Of a DNA stretch of 64,000 bases, positions 1-11,250 are shown piece by piece; within the stretch, counting starts at the first letter, position 1; the number at the start of each line of letters is the position of its first letter. The translations under genes and the position numbers were made by a program. The stretch covers positions 1,440,001 to 1,504,000 of the forward strand of contig OZ252243.1 of assembly GCA_965249555.1 (NCBI GenBank). Reading direction: 5' to 3'. This stretch comes from Nitrosopumilus sp. Its GTDB lineage: Archaea > Thermoproteota > Nitrososphaeria > Nitrososphaerales > Nitrosopumilaceae. Under the pieces are notes generated by a model. The model searched no databases and was not told where the DNA came from. It saw only the letters and a list, made by a program, of their open reading frames with translations.

Positions 1-665
1 TCCTTGCAAGTTCAGTTATTACCTGTAAAAGATTTGATACTCAAAAAATCTCAATTGATAGAGGTAAACTCTTAGAGAAAGTCAATGATGGCTATAGGCG
101 ATTTGAGTTTGCTGATGATGGAATATCCCCTCGTTCTAGATTAGGAATTGATAATGGAATATTTTGGAATACTGGTGATGAATCTGATGAAACTGGTCAT
201 ATTACAGAAGATCCAATCTTACGTGTAAAAATGATGGACAAAAGAATGTCTCGCCTTGATTTGATACTCAAAAGGATTCCTGATTCCGAGCAAGCTATAT
301 CCTTTGGAGTTGAAGATTTTACAATAATCTCATGGGGGTCTGCAAAGGGTCCTATCATTGATGCATTAGAAATGCTCAAAAAAGAAGGAATATCAATTGG
401 ATATGTTCAATTAAAACTTCTACATCCATTTCCAACTGATTATGTGAATTTCTTGTTAAAAGATGCCAAGACCTTAATTGACATTGAAGCAAATTACTCT
501 GGCCAGCTAGGAAAACTATTTACACAAAATATTAAACGTGATATTGATTATTTTATCTTAAAATATACCGGAAGAGTAATGACTAGTACTGAAATTTATG
601 ATTCTCTTAAAAAAATTATTCAGAACAAAGCAAACAAACGGGAGGTTCTAATGCATGGCGCTTAA
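1..665 (+). CDS. korA: 2-oxoacid:ferredoxin oxidoreductase alpha subunit (5' partial)
   Basis: Frame is open from the window start (…GISPRSRLG…[13 protein letters not shown]); C-terminal SWGSAKG and [10 protein letters not shown] motifs; overlaps the beta subunit start. Confidence 0.9.
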   Translation, partial: LASSVITCKRFDTQKISIDRGKLLEKVNDGYRRFEFADDGISPRSRLGIDNGIFWNTGDESDETGHITEDPILRVKMMDKRMSRLDLILKRIPDSEQAISFGVEDFTIISWGSAKGPIIDALEMLKKEGISIGYVQLKLLHPFPTDYVNFLLKDAKTLIDIEANYSGQLGKLFTQNIKRDIDYFILKYTGRVMTSTEIYDSLKKIIQNKANKREVLMHGA

Positions 666-1617
666 ACTAGCTGATTTCAGAACTGATGTACACAACGATT
701 GGTGTGCTGGATGTGGAGACTTTGGAATTGTTAACGCTATTCAAATGGCATTAGCTGAGATGGGCGTACAAAGAGACAAGACTGTAATGTTTTCTGGAAT
801 TGGATGTTCTGGTAAAACTTCACATTTTATCAATACTTATGGTGTTCATACATTACATGGACGAGTTTTGACATTTGCACAAGGTGCCAAGATTGCTAAT
901 CCTGAGATGACAGTTGTTGCAGTGGGAGGTGATGGTGATGGTTTAGGAATTGGTGCTGGTCATTTTGTTGCAGCTGGCAGACGCAATGTAGACATGACAT
1001 ACATCATTTTTGATAATGGAGTTTATGGTTTAACAAAGGGACAAGCATCACCTACTCTGAGACTTGGAGAGCAAACAAAATCATTGCCCACTCCAAATAC
1101 AAATTATAATGTAAACCCAATTGGATTGGCAGTTGCAAGTGGTTTTACATTTGTAGCACGTGGCTATTCTTACGATGTTAGACATCTTAAAGACTTGATA
1201 ATTCAGGCAGTCAAACACAAAGGACTGTCTTTTTTGGATGTATTGCAACCATGTCCCACGTATAATGATATCAATACAAGGGATTGGTATGCAGGAACTG
1301 ATTTAGTTGACGAAGCACAAAAAAGACACTCAAGAATCTACAAACTTGAAGAAAGAGGATTTGATCCAGTAGTTCATTATGATTCAGAAGTCGAGATAAA
1401 TGAAAAACTATCCCAATCCCTCATTAAATCACTTGAATGGGGAAATAAAATACCAATTGGGGTGTTCTACAAAAATGATACTATTTCTCCTTACAATGTA
1501 AGATTACAAGATAAAATTCCAAATTATGTGGAAAACTCTCCTGCAAAACAAAACATCTCCAAAAATGGTCGTTCCAACACTGATATTTCAAAGATATTGG
1601 ATTCTTTAGAAGTCTAA
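655..1617 (+). CDS. korB: 2-oxoacid:ferredoxin oxidoreductase beta subunit
   Basis: [18 protein letters not shown]-binding GGDGD…[15 protein letters not shown] and LQPCPTYN motifs. Confidence 0.93.
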   Translation: MALKLADFRTDVHNDWCAGCGDFGIVNAIQMALAEMGVQRDKTVMFSGIGCSGKTSHFINTYGVHTLHGRVLTFAQGAKIANPEMTVVAVGGDGDGLGIGAGHFVAAGRRNVDMTYIIFDNGVYGLTKGQASPTLRLGEQTKSLPTPNTNYNVNPIGLAVASGFTFVARGYSYDVRHLKDLIIQAVKHKGLSFLDVLQPCPTYNDINTRDWYAGTDLVDEAQKRHSRIYKLEERGFDPVVHYDSEVEINEKLSQSLIKSLEWGNKIPIGVFYKNDTISPYNVRLQDKIPNYVENSPAKQNISKNGRSNTDISKILDSLEV

Positions 1618-1667
1618 CTCGTGTTTTAAACCTAAGAAGTTATAGGCAAGTTTTGTAGCATAATACT

Positions 1668-2108
1668 TTGCATTTGAATATTAGTGAAGCAAATAAAATA
1701 TTTAGAAAATCAATTATCAATGGTTTCTTTGAACCACAGCTAGTTAATCTAGATTTTAAAAAATCATCCGTAAAACATCCTTTGATAAATGACAATGGTT
1801 TAATGCAGTCTGATTTACTTCATCTATTTTTTGATGTAGAGACTGGTTCTGATTATCCTGACGGGGATGAATGGTTTATCGTTGATATGCTGTTTCCTCA
1901 TGATGTAAAACTTGCTGACAATTTGATTGGAACCGATTATTTTACAACTCTCTCAGTTGGTGAGGGAAAAATATACTGGCATCATCGTGAACTAATTCGT
2001 TACAAATATGGAAAATCCAAGAAATTAGATAATGCTTTAGAATTTCTTGAATCAAAATACAAAGAACTCCATAAATTATTAGAGCCGTTACAGAAAGATC
2101 TCATGTAA
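1668..2108 (+). CDS. hypothetical protein
   Basis: 146-aa ORF (TTG start) in backbone context; no motif recognised. Confidence 0.65.
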   Translation: MHLNISEANKIFRKSIINGFFEPQLVNLDFKKSSVKHPLINDNGLMQSDLLHLFFDVETGSDYPDGDEWFIVDMLFPHDVKLADNLIGTDYFTTLSVGEGKIYWHHRELIRYKYGKSKKLDNALEFLESKYKELHKLLEPLQKDLM

Positions 2109-2634
2109 TTTTTTCCCACGAATCATCCTTGAAAACATATTTCTTATTTTCAGGTGATACTATGTTGGGACGCCATCTAATTGATTTTGAATCAAACTTG
2201 TACGATATTTCTGAAATTCCTACTGGTAGTTTCTTAGGATCTAGATGATATGGTAATAGTTCTAAAATAAAATCAATTTTATCCACAGAATTATTGAACA
2301 AATGCCTATCCTCACTATCTACAGTAAAAACAATTCTTGGGTTTCCAGAAAAGTTGATTTTAATTTTTAAAGCATTTTTACCACCTCTTCTTCTTTTAAT
2401 CTCTTTGAAAATTGATTTGATTTTTTCCCAGCGTTTGAAATCAAACCATTGAAAAAATGCTTCATTAAATGGAAGAGGAATTTTTATGTCTAAGAAACTC
2501 ACAAAATCCTCATCGTTTGGTTCAATTTCATCTTGAATGACCGTAAAATGAGAGTTTAGAAATCCATATAGGACTTCAATTTCCCATGGAGAAACTCCAT
2601 AATACTGTAATGTGGTCTTCAAACTTTCTGGCAA
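2101..2634 (-). CDS. hypothetical protein
   Basis: 177-aa ORF converging on the previous gene. Confidence 0.7.
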   Translation of the reverse strand: MPESLKTTLQYYGVSPWEIEVLYGFLNSHFTVIQDEIEPNDEDFVSFLDIKIPLPFNEAFFQWFDFKRWEKIKSIFKEIKRRRGGKNALKIKINFSGNPRIVFTVDSEDRHLFNNSVDKIDFILELLPYHLDPKKLPVGISEISYKFDSKSIRWRPNIVSPENKKYVFKDDSWEKIT

Positions 2635-2739
2635 TAGCTTAAAATCTTAAAAATTGTAATTAAAGCTTCAAATCTGGTGATATTGGGTCAAATTCACCTT
2701 AAAATTAAAATTATATGGCAAGAGTTAGTAATTTCAGAT

Positions 2740-3072
2740 ATGAAGAAAGAATTTGTAGTAAAAAGTATTGATGCAGCACCTGATGGGGCACCATATGTCA
2801 TAGTCTCATTATCATCAATTAAAGATCTTAAAGAGGGAACTCAAAATCCACAAACTCCTTTTGGTAGCCCAAAGGTAATGGGATTTACAAACATGAATGA
2901 TATGATGAAGGATCTAAACAAGATGTTTGCTGGTGGTGGAATGGGAGGTCCTGGAATGCAAGGAGGTATCACTCAATTGAAGCTTGAAATGCATGAATAC
3001 AAAGACATGGGTCTTGCAGTTGGAGATAAAGTATTTTTAGAATTAAGTAAAGCTGAAACTCTGGGCGTTTAA
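2740..3072 (+). CDS. hypothetical protein with Gly/Met-rich linker
   Basis: ATG at 2740 (MKKEFVVK…) is the likely start within ORF 2677..3072. Confidence 0.7.
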   Translation: MKKEFVVKSIDAAPDGAPYVIVSLSSIKDLKEGTQNPQTPFGSPKVMGFTNMNDMMKDLNKMFAGGGMGGPGMQGGITQLKLEMHEYKDMGLAVGDKVFLELSKAETLGV

Positions 3073-3073
3073 A

Positions 3074-3649
3074 CTACCAGACTGTGTTGAAATACTTCCA
3101 ACCATAAAGCGCCATTATTGTTCCAATTACAAATAACATTGGTTTCCATGCAAATACTGGAATACCTGGTGTTGCAAGTTTAACTTTATAGTTGTCTAAA
3201 ATAGTATGAACATTTTTTTTGATTTTGTCATGCCAAATGCTATACTCTACTTGGTATTTTTTTAGAATCTCTTCTACTTCATAAATAACTGGGGTTCTCT
3301 GCGAGAAAAGATGTTGAAGATAGTCTCTTGAAACCTCTACTTCTGCATGAATTCCAATTAATCCTTTTTTAAGATCAACCATTCTGATATGCATCTCCCA
3401 TGGTTTTTTTAATTTTAGATTAATTCCACTTCCAATTTGTTCTGGTTGCTTATGTTCAAATTTTACTTTGGTAAATCCTTCTTCTGTAAAAATTTTCATC
3501 AATTCTTCAAAACTTTTCTTTACCACAATGTGAAGTTGCTCAACTCCATCTTTACTATCCACATTAATTTTATGTTTTAATCCATCAAGAAATGAAATTG
3601 TTTTAGGATATGTAGTAAGATATTCCATATTTTGTTCCAGAAATACCAA
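3074..3649 (-). CDS. hypothetical protein with C-terminal membrane anchor
   Basis: 191 aa; hydrophobic C-terminus PMLFVIGTIMALYGW. Confidence 0.7.
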   Translation of the reverse strand: MVFLEQNMEYLTTYPKTISFLDGLKHKINVDSKDGVEQLHIVVKKSFEELMKIFTEEGFTKVKFEHKQPEQIGSGINLKLKKPWEMHIRMVDLKKGLIGIHAEVEVSRDYLQHLFSQRTPVIYEVEEILKKYQVEYSIWHDKIKKNVHTILDNYKVKLATPGIPVFAWKPMLFVIGTIMALYGWKYFNTVW

Positions 3650-3673
3650 TATTTAAGCAGAACTAGTTAGAAT

Positions 3674-4450
3674 CTAACTCTTTGCAGGATTTGATAATCC
3701 TCTTACGTAAACACATTGATCTGGGGATATTGCCATTTCTGAAGAATTGATTTTTCTATCAGTAAGTTTTGCACCTGAATTCCTAACTATGGCAAATGGT
3801 TTTGATTCTGCACCTTCACCCATCTTATGATTTGCAATTGTTGCAAGATTATCAACCACTGCCTGAAATGTTACTTTTAATGGATTACCATCAAGATCTT
3901 TTTTTGCTCTCATATCTAAAACTGGTTCAATTCCGGCACATGCTACTGCAACTCCTGATGTCCCAATTCTTGCTGGCATTAGTCTGCTATCTACCAAAAT
4001 TATTCCAACATGAATAAACCATTTTAAGAAAATTTTTCTGCGAATCTGCTCTGCAATCAGATATGGCTTTATTGGATACAGGATTGCTTTTCCTTTTTTT
4101 GCATTAGATTTATCAATTCCAGCATTTGGTGCCATTATGTTATCTGATGATGTAATTACAAATCCTCCGATACCGCCAAAAATTTTGTCGGATTCCCTGA
4201 TGATGATTTCAGCAATTTCAGGTTTTAATTGAAACTTTTTTGAAATCTCTTCACTTTCATCTGAAGTTCTGATTTTTTCTAGTTCAATAATTCTTCCCTG
4301 TGAATTTGAGATATATTTTGTTGAAATTACTAAAACATCCCCATCTTGCAATTTTGTATTGTTTTTTCCTAATGTTTCTAACAAGACCTCAAAAACATCA
4401 AATTTTCCTTCCATTCTCTCTGCTAATAGTGGCAAAACTGTTAGTTGCAC
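3674..4450 (-). CDS. cofE: coenzyme F420-0:L-glutamate ligase
   Basis: DGDVLVISTKYIS, PNAGIDKSN, DSR…G and MGEGAE motifs. Confidence 0.9.
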   Translation of the reverse strand: MQLTVLPLLAERMEGKFDVFEVLLETLGKNNTKLQDGDVLVISTKYISNSQGRIIELEKIRTSDESEEISKKFQLKPEIAEIIIRESDKIFGGIGGFVITSSDNIMAPNAGIDKSNAKKGKAILYPIKPYLIAEQIRRKIFLKWFIHVGIILVDSRLMPARIGTSGVAVACAGIEPVLDMRAKKDLDGNPLKVTFQAVVDNLATIANHKMGEGAESKPFAIVRNSGAKLTDRKINSSEMAISPDQCVYVRGLSNPAKS

Positions 4451-4523
4451 AATATTCTGAGCACTCTTTTTCTTTTTTATTGTTCTGAAAAGCTTTTAAT
4501 CTGTAAAACAAGCTTTATTGTTT

Positions 4524-5795
4524 ATGAATATTGTTGAGAAGATTCTTGCACGTGCGTCCGGAAAATCCTCTGTATCCCCTGATGATGTTGTTTTTGCTAA
4601 CGTCGACAAGGTAATGCTTCATGATGTTTCAGGACCAGGTGTCATCAAGGTCTTTGATAAACTAAAGAATCAAGGAATTTCAGTTGATAAATTATGGGAT
4701 CCATCAAAAGTTTGGGTAGCAGAAGATCACTTTGTTCCTTCAGCAGAAAAAGTTTCAGCAGAAAACATTGTAAAACTATCAAACTTTACAAAAAAATATG
4801 GAATTGAAAAGCACTTCAAATACGGTATGGGTCAATACGGCATTTGTCATACCTTGTCTCATGAAGAAGCATTGGTAATGCCAGGTGATGTCTATGTTGG
4901 TGGCGATTCTCATACTAACACAACTGGTGCTTTAGGTGCATTTGCTTGTGGATTGGGACATACTGATGTTGCTTATGTATTATTGAATGGGAATATTTGG
5001 TTTAAGGTTCCAGAAACTTATTACTTTAAGATAAATGGAAAATTACCCGATCACGTAATGGCTAAAGATTTGATTCTAAAAATAATTGGGGATATGGGAA
5101 CTGATGGTGGTGCATACAGAACCATGCAGTTTGGTGGAAGTGGAGTAGATGACATGTCTGTTGAAAGCAGATTAACATTATGTAATATGACTACTGAAGC
5201 AGGTGCAAAGAATGGAATTGTTGAACCAGATCAAAAAGTAATTGATCATCTTTCTAGTAGGGGTGCCACAAATGTTAATCTGGTAAATGGTGATGATGAT
5301 GCAGAATATGCCAAAATATTTGAATATGAACTCTCAGAGATGGAACCAATTGTTGCAAAACCATTTTCTCCTGCAAATACTACAGTTGTAAGAGAAGCTC
5401 CATCTGTTGAATTAGATAAGTCATACATTGGATCTTGTACCGGTGCAAAATACGAAGATTTGGAAGCAGTAGCAAGAATTCTTAAAGGCAGAAAAGTAAA
5501 GATTAGAACTGAAATTTTACCTGCAGCAATCTCAATTTACCAACGTGCTATGGAAAATGGCTTATTGAAAATTTTCTTAGATGCTGGTGTGACAGTTGGA
5601 CCTCCTACTTGTGGAGCGTGTTGTGGTGCTCATATGGGCGTCTTGGCAAAAGATGAAATTTGTATCAGTACTACAAACCGAAACTTCCCAGGAAGAATGG
5701 GTCATATTGAATCGCAAACATACCTTTCATCTCCTTTAGTGGCTGCAGCCTCAGCAGTTACTGGCAAAATTACTGATCCGAGGGATTTGAAATGA
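4524..5795 (+). CDS. 3-isopropylmalate dehydratase/homoaconitase large subunit (archaeal type)
   Basis: DH, GICH, GDSHT, IGSCT, CGACCG and STTNRNF aconitase-family motifs. Confidence 0.9.
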   Translation: MNIVEKILARASGKSSVSPDDVVFANVDKVMLHDVSGPGVIKVFDKLKNQGISVDKLWDPSKVWVAEDHFVPSAEKVSAENIVKLSNFTKKYGIEKHFKYGMGQYGICHTLSHEEALVMPGDVYVGGDSHTNTTGALGAFACGLGHTDVAYVLLNGNIWFKVPETYYFKINGKLPDHVMAKDLILKIIGDMGTDGGAYRTMQFGGSGVDDMSVESRLTLCNMTTEAGAKNGIVEPDQKVIDHLSSRGATNVNLVNGDDDAEYAKIFEYELSEMEPIVAKPFSPANTTVVREAPSVELDKSYIGSCTGAKYEDLEAVARILKGRKVKIRTEILPAAISIYQRAMENGLLKIFLDAGVTVGPPTCGACCGAHMGVLAKDEICISTTNRNFPGRMGHIESQTYLSSPLVAAASAVTGKITDPRDLK

Positions 5796-6283
5796 AAGGT
5801 AATATCATAAAATATGCACAAGATAATATTGATACTGACGTAATTATTCCAGGTCAATATCTAAAAGTACACGATTATGCTGAACTTGCCACTCATGCCA
5901 TGGAGGGATTGGATCCTGATTTTCACTCTAAGGTAAAAGAAGGTGATTTCATATTGTCTGGCAGAAATTTTGGATGCGGCTCATCTAGAGAACATGCTCC
6001 TATCGCTTTATCTCATTCTGGAATAAAGGCTGTACTTGCATTATCTTTTGCAAGAATTTTTTATCGAAATGCAGTTGATGGTGCATTTTTGTTACCAATT
6101 GAAATTGATCAAGATGCATATGATGGAATTGCTGAAGGCGATGAAATCGAAATTAATGTCTCTGTAAATGAAGTTAAAAATATTACCAAAAATCAAACAT
6201 ACAAAATGAAACCCTTTTCAGAAATTATCGGAAAGATAATTGCTGCAGGTGGTCTTTTCAAGTACAAGCCAGACCAGGATTGA
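5792..6283 (+). CDS. 3-isopropylmalate dehydratase/homoaconitase small subunit (archaeal type)
   Basis: [25 protein letters not shown] and SFARIFYRN motifs. Confidence 0.9.
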   Translation: MKGNIIKYAQDNIDTDVIIPGQYLKVHDYAELATHAMEGLDPDFHSKVKEGDFILSGRNFGCGSSREHAPIALSHSGIKAVLALSFARIFYRNAVDGAFLLPIEIDQDAYDGIAEGDEIEINVSVNEVKNITKNQTYKMKPFSEIIGKIIAAGGLFKYKPDQD

Positions 6284-6284
6284 A

Positions 6285-7700
6285 ATGGGAGCAACTCTCT
6301 TTGAAAAAATATGGAAGTCTCATGTTGTTGTTGAAAAACAAAATGGTCCTTCTCTAATCTATGTTGACAGACATCTTGTCCATGAAGTAACATCTCCTCA
6401 AGCCTTTGATGGATTACGTATGAATAAAAGAAAAGTTCGAAGACCTGATCTTACTATAGCTACAATGGATCATAATGTTCCAACAAATGACAGATCTCTT
6501 CCAATATTGGATCAAACTTCCGCAGTCCAGATTCAAACTTTGGAAAAAAACTGTAAAGATTTTGGAATTAAATTATTTGATATTGACAGTCCTAATCAGG
6601 GAATTGTTCATGTAATTGGCCCTCAATTGGGAATTACTTTACCTGGTTCTACAATTGTTTGTGGTGATAGTCATACATCAACTCATGGGGCTTTTGGAAC
6701 ACTATCTTTTGGAATTGGAACCAGTGAAGTTGAACATGTTTTGACATCTCAAACTTTATGGTTAGAAAAACCAAAACCATTTGAAATTAGAGTTGAAGGA
6801 AAAAGAAAGAATCCTCATGCAGTAACTGCCAAGGATATAGTACTTTCAATTATCAAAAATATTGGAACTGTGGGTGGTACTGGTACTGTGATTGAATATC
6901 GTGGTGAAGGCATAACTGATCTTTCTATGGAGCAGAGAATGACTATTTGTAATATGTCAATTGAAGCTGGAGCACGTGCAGGTCTAATTGCACCTGATGA
7001 GAAGGCTTTTGATTATCTTAGAGGTAGACAGTACACCCCAAAAAACTATGAATCTCTTGTTGATTATTGGAAAGAACATCTAAAAACCGATAGTGATGCA
7101 AAATTCGACAAGCAATTCACTTTGAATATCAATGACATTGCACCTCAAGTTAGTTGGGGCACAAATCCTGGAATGACTTGTGATGTAACTGAATCCATTC
7201 CATCACCTGATGACTTTTCTAAAGGTGATCCTAATCAAAAGAAAGGTGCCGAAAAAGCTCTTGACTATATGGGCCTTGAACCGGGAATTCCAATCATAGA
7301 CATCAAAATTGATAGAGTGTTTATTGGTTCATGTACAAATGCAAGATTAGAAGATCTCATTGAAGCATCTAAAGTAGTCAAAGGACAAAAAATTTCAACT
7401 AACGTTCGAGCAATGGTCGTTCCAGGTTCTCAGATGGTAAAAAAACAAGCTGAAGAAATGGGTCTTGATAAAATTTTCATTAATGCTAATTTTGAATGGA
7501 GAGAAGCTGGATGTAGTATGTGTCTTGGAATGAATCCTGATATTTTGTCTCCTGGCGAAAGATGTGCTAGTACATCAAACAGAAATTTTGAAGGTAGACA
7601 GGGAACTGGTGGGAGGACTCATTTAGTAAGTCCTGTAATGGCAGTAGCTGCTGCAATTAAAGGACACTTTGTAGATGTCAGAGAAATGGATTTGAGTTAG
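6285..7700 (+). CDS. leuC: 3-isopropylmalate dehydratase large subunit (bacterial type)
   Basis: [34 protein letters not shown] and GCSMCLGMN motifs; ATG at 6285. Confidence 0.95.
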   Translation: MGATLFEKIWKSHVVVEKQNGPSLIYVDRHLVHEVTSPQAFDGLRMNKRKVRRPDLTIATMDHNVPTNDRSLPILDQTSAVQIQTLEKNCKDFGIKLFDIDSPNQGIVHVIGPQLGITLPGSTIVCGDSHTSTHGAFGTLSFGIGTSEVEHVLTSQTLWLEKPKPFEIRVEGKRKNPHAVTAKDIVLSIIKNIGTVGGTGTVIEYRGEGITDLSMEQRMTICNMSIEAGARAGLIAPDEKAFDYLRGRQYTPKNYESLVDYWKEHLKTDSDAKFDKQFTLNINDIAPQVSWGTNPGMTCDVTESIPSPDDFSKGDPNQKKGAEKALDYMGLEPGIPIIDIKIDRVFIGSCTNARLEDLIEASKVVKGQKISTNVRAMVVPGSQMVKKQAEEMGLDKIFINANFEWREAGCSMCLGMNPDILSPGERCASTSNRNFEGRQGTGGRTHLVSPVMAVAAAIKGHFVDVREMDLS

Positions 7701-7701
7701 A

Positions 7702-8286
7702 ATGGAGCCTTTTAAAAAAGTAACAAGCATCATCACCCCACTTGATAAGGTAAATGTGGATACTGATCAAATTGTCCCAAAACAATTTTTGAAATTGATT
7801 CACAAATCTGGATTTGGAAAATTTTTGTTCTATAATTGGAGATATGATGTAAAAGAGAATCTGAAATCTGATTTTGTCTTAAATGATTCCAAATATGATA
7901 ATTCTAAAATTTTGGTGACTGGAGATAATTTTGGGTGTGGTTCTAGCAGAGAGCATGCAGTTTGGGCACTTCAAGACTATGGTTTTTCTGTAATCATTGC
8001 ACCCTCTTTTGCAGATATTTTCTTTAGCAATTGCTTCAAAAATGGAATTCTACCAATCTCATTAAATCAAAAAACAGTTGAGAAACTCCAACAAGAACTT
8101 GATACAATTGAAGTTGACTTGGAAAAGCAAATCATCAAAACTTCTTCTGAAGATATATCTTTTGAGATAGACTCTTACAAGAAAAAAATTCTCTTAGAAG
8201 GATTGGATGATATTGCACAAACTTTACAATTTGAAGAGAAAATATCTGAATTTGAAAGAGAGTCTAAAGTCCCATCTGTTTTATAA
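7702..8286 (+). CDS. leuD: 3-isopropylmalate dehydratase small subunit
   Basis: [24 protein letters not shown] and SFADIFFSN motifs. Confidence 0.95.
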   Translation: MEPFKKVTSIITPLDKVNVDTDQIVPKQFLKLIHKSGFGKFLFYNWRYDVKENLKSDFVLNDSKYDNSKILVTGDNFGCGSSREHAVWALQDYGFSVIIAPSFADIFFSNCFKNGILPISLNQKTVEKLQQELDTIEVDLEKQIIKTSSEDISFEIDSYKKKILLEGLDDIAQTLQFEEKISEFERESKVPSVL

Positions 8287-8983
8287 TTTTATTTACCATT
8301 TTTTCATTTCTTTCTAAAACCATAGGTGACTCTACATCAATCCATTCTTTGTCCCCAATGTCATAAGCACTAATTTTTCCTTCTTTTGATAGTTGTTGTA
8401 AAATATCATATGAAAGATTGATCTCCTTTTGTTTTTGCTTTGTCTTGATTCGTTTAATGATGTCTTTTCCAAGCATGTAAATTCCCAAACACTCTGATAA
8501 CTGTAATTTCATAACTGGTTTTTCTTTGAATTCTTTTATAATTCCGTCCTCTACAATTGCAAATCCTGTTTCTTCTTTTCTTTTTGTTCTAATTACAATA
8601 CATGCAGAACTATCTTTTTTTCTGAAAAACTCTTTCATCTTTTTTAGATCTACTGCACACAAATTATCCACAAACCATAACAAAAATTCTGATTCATCTT
8701 TGAGTTTTCTCTCAATGTGTAGCAGATCTCCTCCTGTACCACTTTGTGAATCTTGGACAAAAGTGATGTTTTTTTGGCTTCCATAATAGTTTTTGATTTG
8801 TCCTCCTAATCCGTTAAAATCTGAAACTATGATGATCTCTTTTACAAAACTAAATGATTTTAGGTATTTTACAATATAATCAATCAATGGCTTACCGTTA
8901 ATGGGAGTCATTGCTTTTGGAAAATATTCAGTGTATGGCTTGCCTCTAGTTCCTTTGCCACCTGCTAAAATTACAGCCTTCAC
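8264..8983 (-). CDS. nucleotidyltransferase (NDP-sugar pyrophosphorylase family)
   Basis: N-terminal ILAGGKGTR…PK motif. Confidence 0.88.
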   Translation of the reverse strand: MKAVILAGGKGTRGKPYTEYFPKAMTPINGKPLIDYIVKYLKSFSFVKEIIIVSDFNGLGGQIKNYYGSQKNITFVQDSQSGTGGDLLHIERKLKDESEFLLWFVDNLCAVDLKKMKEFFRKKDSSACIVIRTKRKEETGFAIVEDGIIKEFKEKPVMKLQLSECLGIYMLGKDIIKRIKTKQKQKEINLSYDILQQLSKEGKISAYDIGDKEWIDVESPMVLERNEKMVNKIIKQMGL

Positions 8984-8986
8984 AGT

Positions 8987-9436
8987 CTAACGGTATGATT
9001 TTTGTTTTCTTCTTCTTGCACCGGGTCCACCAAATTTCTTTGGTTCTTTTCTTCTGGCGTCTCCGCTTACTAGATATTTATCAAAATCTGTGATTCTTTT
9101 TCTAAGATCATCTCTGATAGATTTTGGGAATGGGTGTTCTTTTGGTTCTTTTTTAGATTTTGTCCATCCTGTAAGTGCTCTTGAAATTCCAGTTGCAATA
9201 GCACTGGCTTGTCCCATATATCCTCCTCCTCTTACTCTAACAGAAATATCAATTTTATCTCTCAAATCTCCTGTAATTTCTAATGGTACTAAAATTGCTT
9301 CACGAGCGGTTTCTTGTGGGATCATCTCAACTGGAACATTGTTAATTCTAACTTTGCCTTTTCCTTTTGTAATGTAAACATGTGCACTAGCTGTTTTCCT
9401 AGTTGCAAAATAAATTTCAGTTTTTGGAGTTGTCAT
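8987..9436 (-). CDS. rps9: 30S ribosomal protein uS9
   Basis: VRGGG…GQA and C-terminal KKFGGPGARRRKQKSYR. Confidence 0.97.
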   Translation of the reverse strand: MTTPKTEIYFATRKTASAHVYITKGKGKVRINNVPVEMIPQETAREAILVPLEITGDLRDKIDISVRVRGGGYMGQASAIATGISRALTGWTKSKKEPKEHPFPKSIRDDLRKRITDFDKYLVSGDARRKEPKKFGGPGARRRKQKSYR

Positions 9437-9933
9437 TCAGTCCACCCTATCACTCTGCATAATTCTCCTACTGTAGTGTAGTTTGATGGAGATTTTTTGA
9501 TTTTTGCTTTTTCAAATTGAATTTTCTCTAGTGATTTTAATTCTTTTGGAGAACCAATGTACGTTCTAAGTCTTTGATGTGATTCCTTACCTGATGGTTT
9601 TCTATCATATGGTAGCATTCCACGAATCATTTTTGCAATAATTGTATCTGGTCTTCTATAATGGACTGGTCCATGTTTTGGATTAATGATGCTGTTAATT
9701 TCCAAAAATTCTCTGTATTCTTTGATGTGGTTACTTCTTGTTCCACTCATCATAATTTTCTCACAATTTACAACTGAAATTCTATTTCCTTTGATTAGTA
9801 ATTTTGCTACATTTGATGATAATCTTCCAGCGATATGATCTGTTGCATCAACAACTATTGGCCTATCCGTTCTAACAATTGTTTCTTGATTAGCCAAGTA
9901 GAACCACTCCTTTTCCAGTAGGATTTTGCTCAA
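9433..9933 (-). CDS. rpl13: 50S ribosomal protein uL13 (true start probably ~9897)
   Basis: VVDA…GRLSS and IRGMLP motifs; lies between rpl18e and rps9. Confidence 0.95.
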   Translation of the reverse strand: MSKILLEKEWFYLANQETIVRTDRPIVVDATDHIAGRLSSNVAKLLIKGNRISVVNCEKIMMSGTRSNHIKEYREFLEINSIINPKHGPVHYRRPDTIIAKMIRGMLPYDRKPSGKESHQRLRTYIGSPKELKSLEKIQFEKAKIKKSPSNYTTVGELCRVIGWTE

Positions 9934-10237
9934 TTAGATCTGAAAAACTAATTAGTTTTCCGCCATTGTCGATAATTTTATCAGCAGCAGAATTTGAAAT
10001 TGAAAATGAACATAGTGTAATTTTGTGAAGAACATTACCCGTTCCAAGAACTTTTCCTGGAAAGACTACTGTATCGTTCTCTTTTGTTAATTGAGCAATT
10101 CTGTTCAAGTTGATATCTCTTCGTGCAATAGATGGCTTTAGTGCATATTCTGCTAATTTTGCCCAAATTGGGGCATCATTTTTGACTGATGCCTTCTTTA
10201 GATCTCTTGCCATACGAATAACCACTTGATTAGTCAT
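9890..10237 (-). CDS. rpl18e: 50S ribosomal protein eL18
   Basis: NLNRI and VVFPGKVLG motifs; operon context. Confidence 0.95.
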   Translation of the reverse strand: MTNQVVIRMARDLKKASVKNDAPIWAKLAEYALKPSIARRDINLNRIAQLTKENDTVVFPGKVLGTGNVLHKITLCSFSISNSAADKIIDNGGKLISFSDLIEQNPTGKGVVLLG

Positions 10238-10282
10238 GATAATGAAACGGCTTAAAACCCAAATATAATGTGTATGCTTAGT

Positions 10283-10948
10283 TTATTCTTTGATTTGGTT
10301 GATCATGTCTTTGAATTCAACTAATCTATTACTCACTTCGTCTACACCTGCGAGAATAATTTGCTCTGGACTAAGAGCGCCAGTTGATTCTACAGTGAGA
10401 ACACTTTCATCTTTTTTGTCTGTATCAGTAAGAGTTGAAATGTTTGCAGAGTTCCATTTGGCATGCTCTGTTCCACGTCCAAGTCTTGCATAACATTCAA
10501 CTTTGATTCTTTGACCTTGTGTGAGTTGAACAATTGAGATTTTGTCTGAAATTGGTTTTATTGAATCATCTTCAGAGGATAACTCGTTTGATAGAACAGT
10601 TCTTGTCACATCTGAATCTCCAGAGTCTAAAACTAACATGACTCTACAGTTTGAACAACCAGATTCACTTTGACAATCACATTTGGATGGTTCATTAAAT
10701 CTGGACAAGTCAGTTTTTATTGGAATTAGTCCTAATCTGTGTGCTAATCCTTCATCTGGTAAGACGGATGAGTTTTCTATAATATCTACAGTGTCTATTG
10801 CAAAGACTGTAACACCATTTAGACATACACGTCTAAGTGCGTTTGCGTACTGTAATGAAACACCTTTTAGCTTTACAGACATTTTTTGACTATCTTTGTT
10901 AATTATTTCTAATGATGGCAAATCTTGAAGAAAATCTTCAAAGTCCAC
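10283..10948 (-). CDS. rpoD: DNA-directed RNA polymerase subunit D (Rpo3)
   Basis: ANALRR, NSSVLPDEGLAHRLGLIP, Cys cluster and GRGTEHAKW motifs. Confidence 0.95.
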   Translation of the reverse strand: MDFEDFLQDLPSLEIINKDSQKMSVKLKGVSLQYANALRRVCLNGVTVFAIDTVDIIENSSVLPDEGLAHRLGLIPIKTDLSRFNEPSKCDCQSESGCSNCRVMLVLDSGDSDVTRTVLSNELSSEDDSIKPISDKISIVQLTQGQRIKVECYARLGRGTEHAKWNSANISTLTDTDKKDESVLTVESTGALSPEQIILAGVDEVSNRLVEFKDMINQIKE

Positions 10949-11090
10949 ATAAGAATCTAGCTAGTTTTACGTATAGTTACTTGATTTATCGTGATTTAAC
11001 TGAGCCAATTTTTAGGATCAATTCTTTTTGGTATGATGTTGTATGTTTTGAACACACGGTCTCTTACGAGTATAATATCATATGAATGGT

Positions 11091-11183
11091 ATGAGCAATT
11101 CACAGTGTGAGCATTATTGGACTCAAAATGGGTCATACTTCTGCGTACATTGTGGAGCCGATATTGATAAAAATATTTCCTAG
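11091..11183 (+). CDS. putative 30-aa zinc-finger microprotein
   Basis: Read manually as MSNSQCEHYWTQNGSYFCVHCGADIDKNIS* (CxH…CxxCG); TATA-like GTATAATA about 20 bp upstream. Confidence 0.45.
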   Translation: MSNSQCEHYWTQNGSYFCVHCGADIDKNIS

Positions 11184-11250
11184 TTTTCATTATACTTTAT
11201 TTTCTAAACTCTATCAATACGCTTAAGTCCATAATCTGAATGGACGAGGT

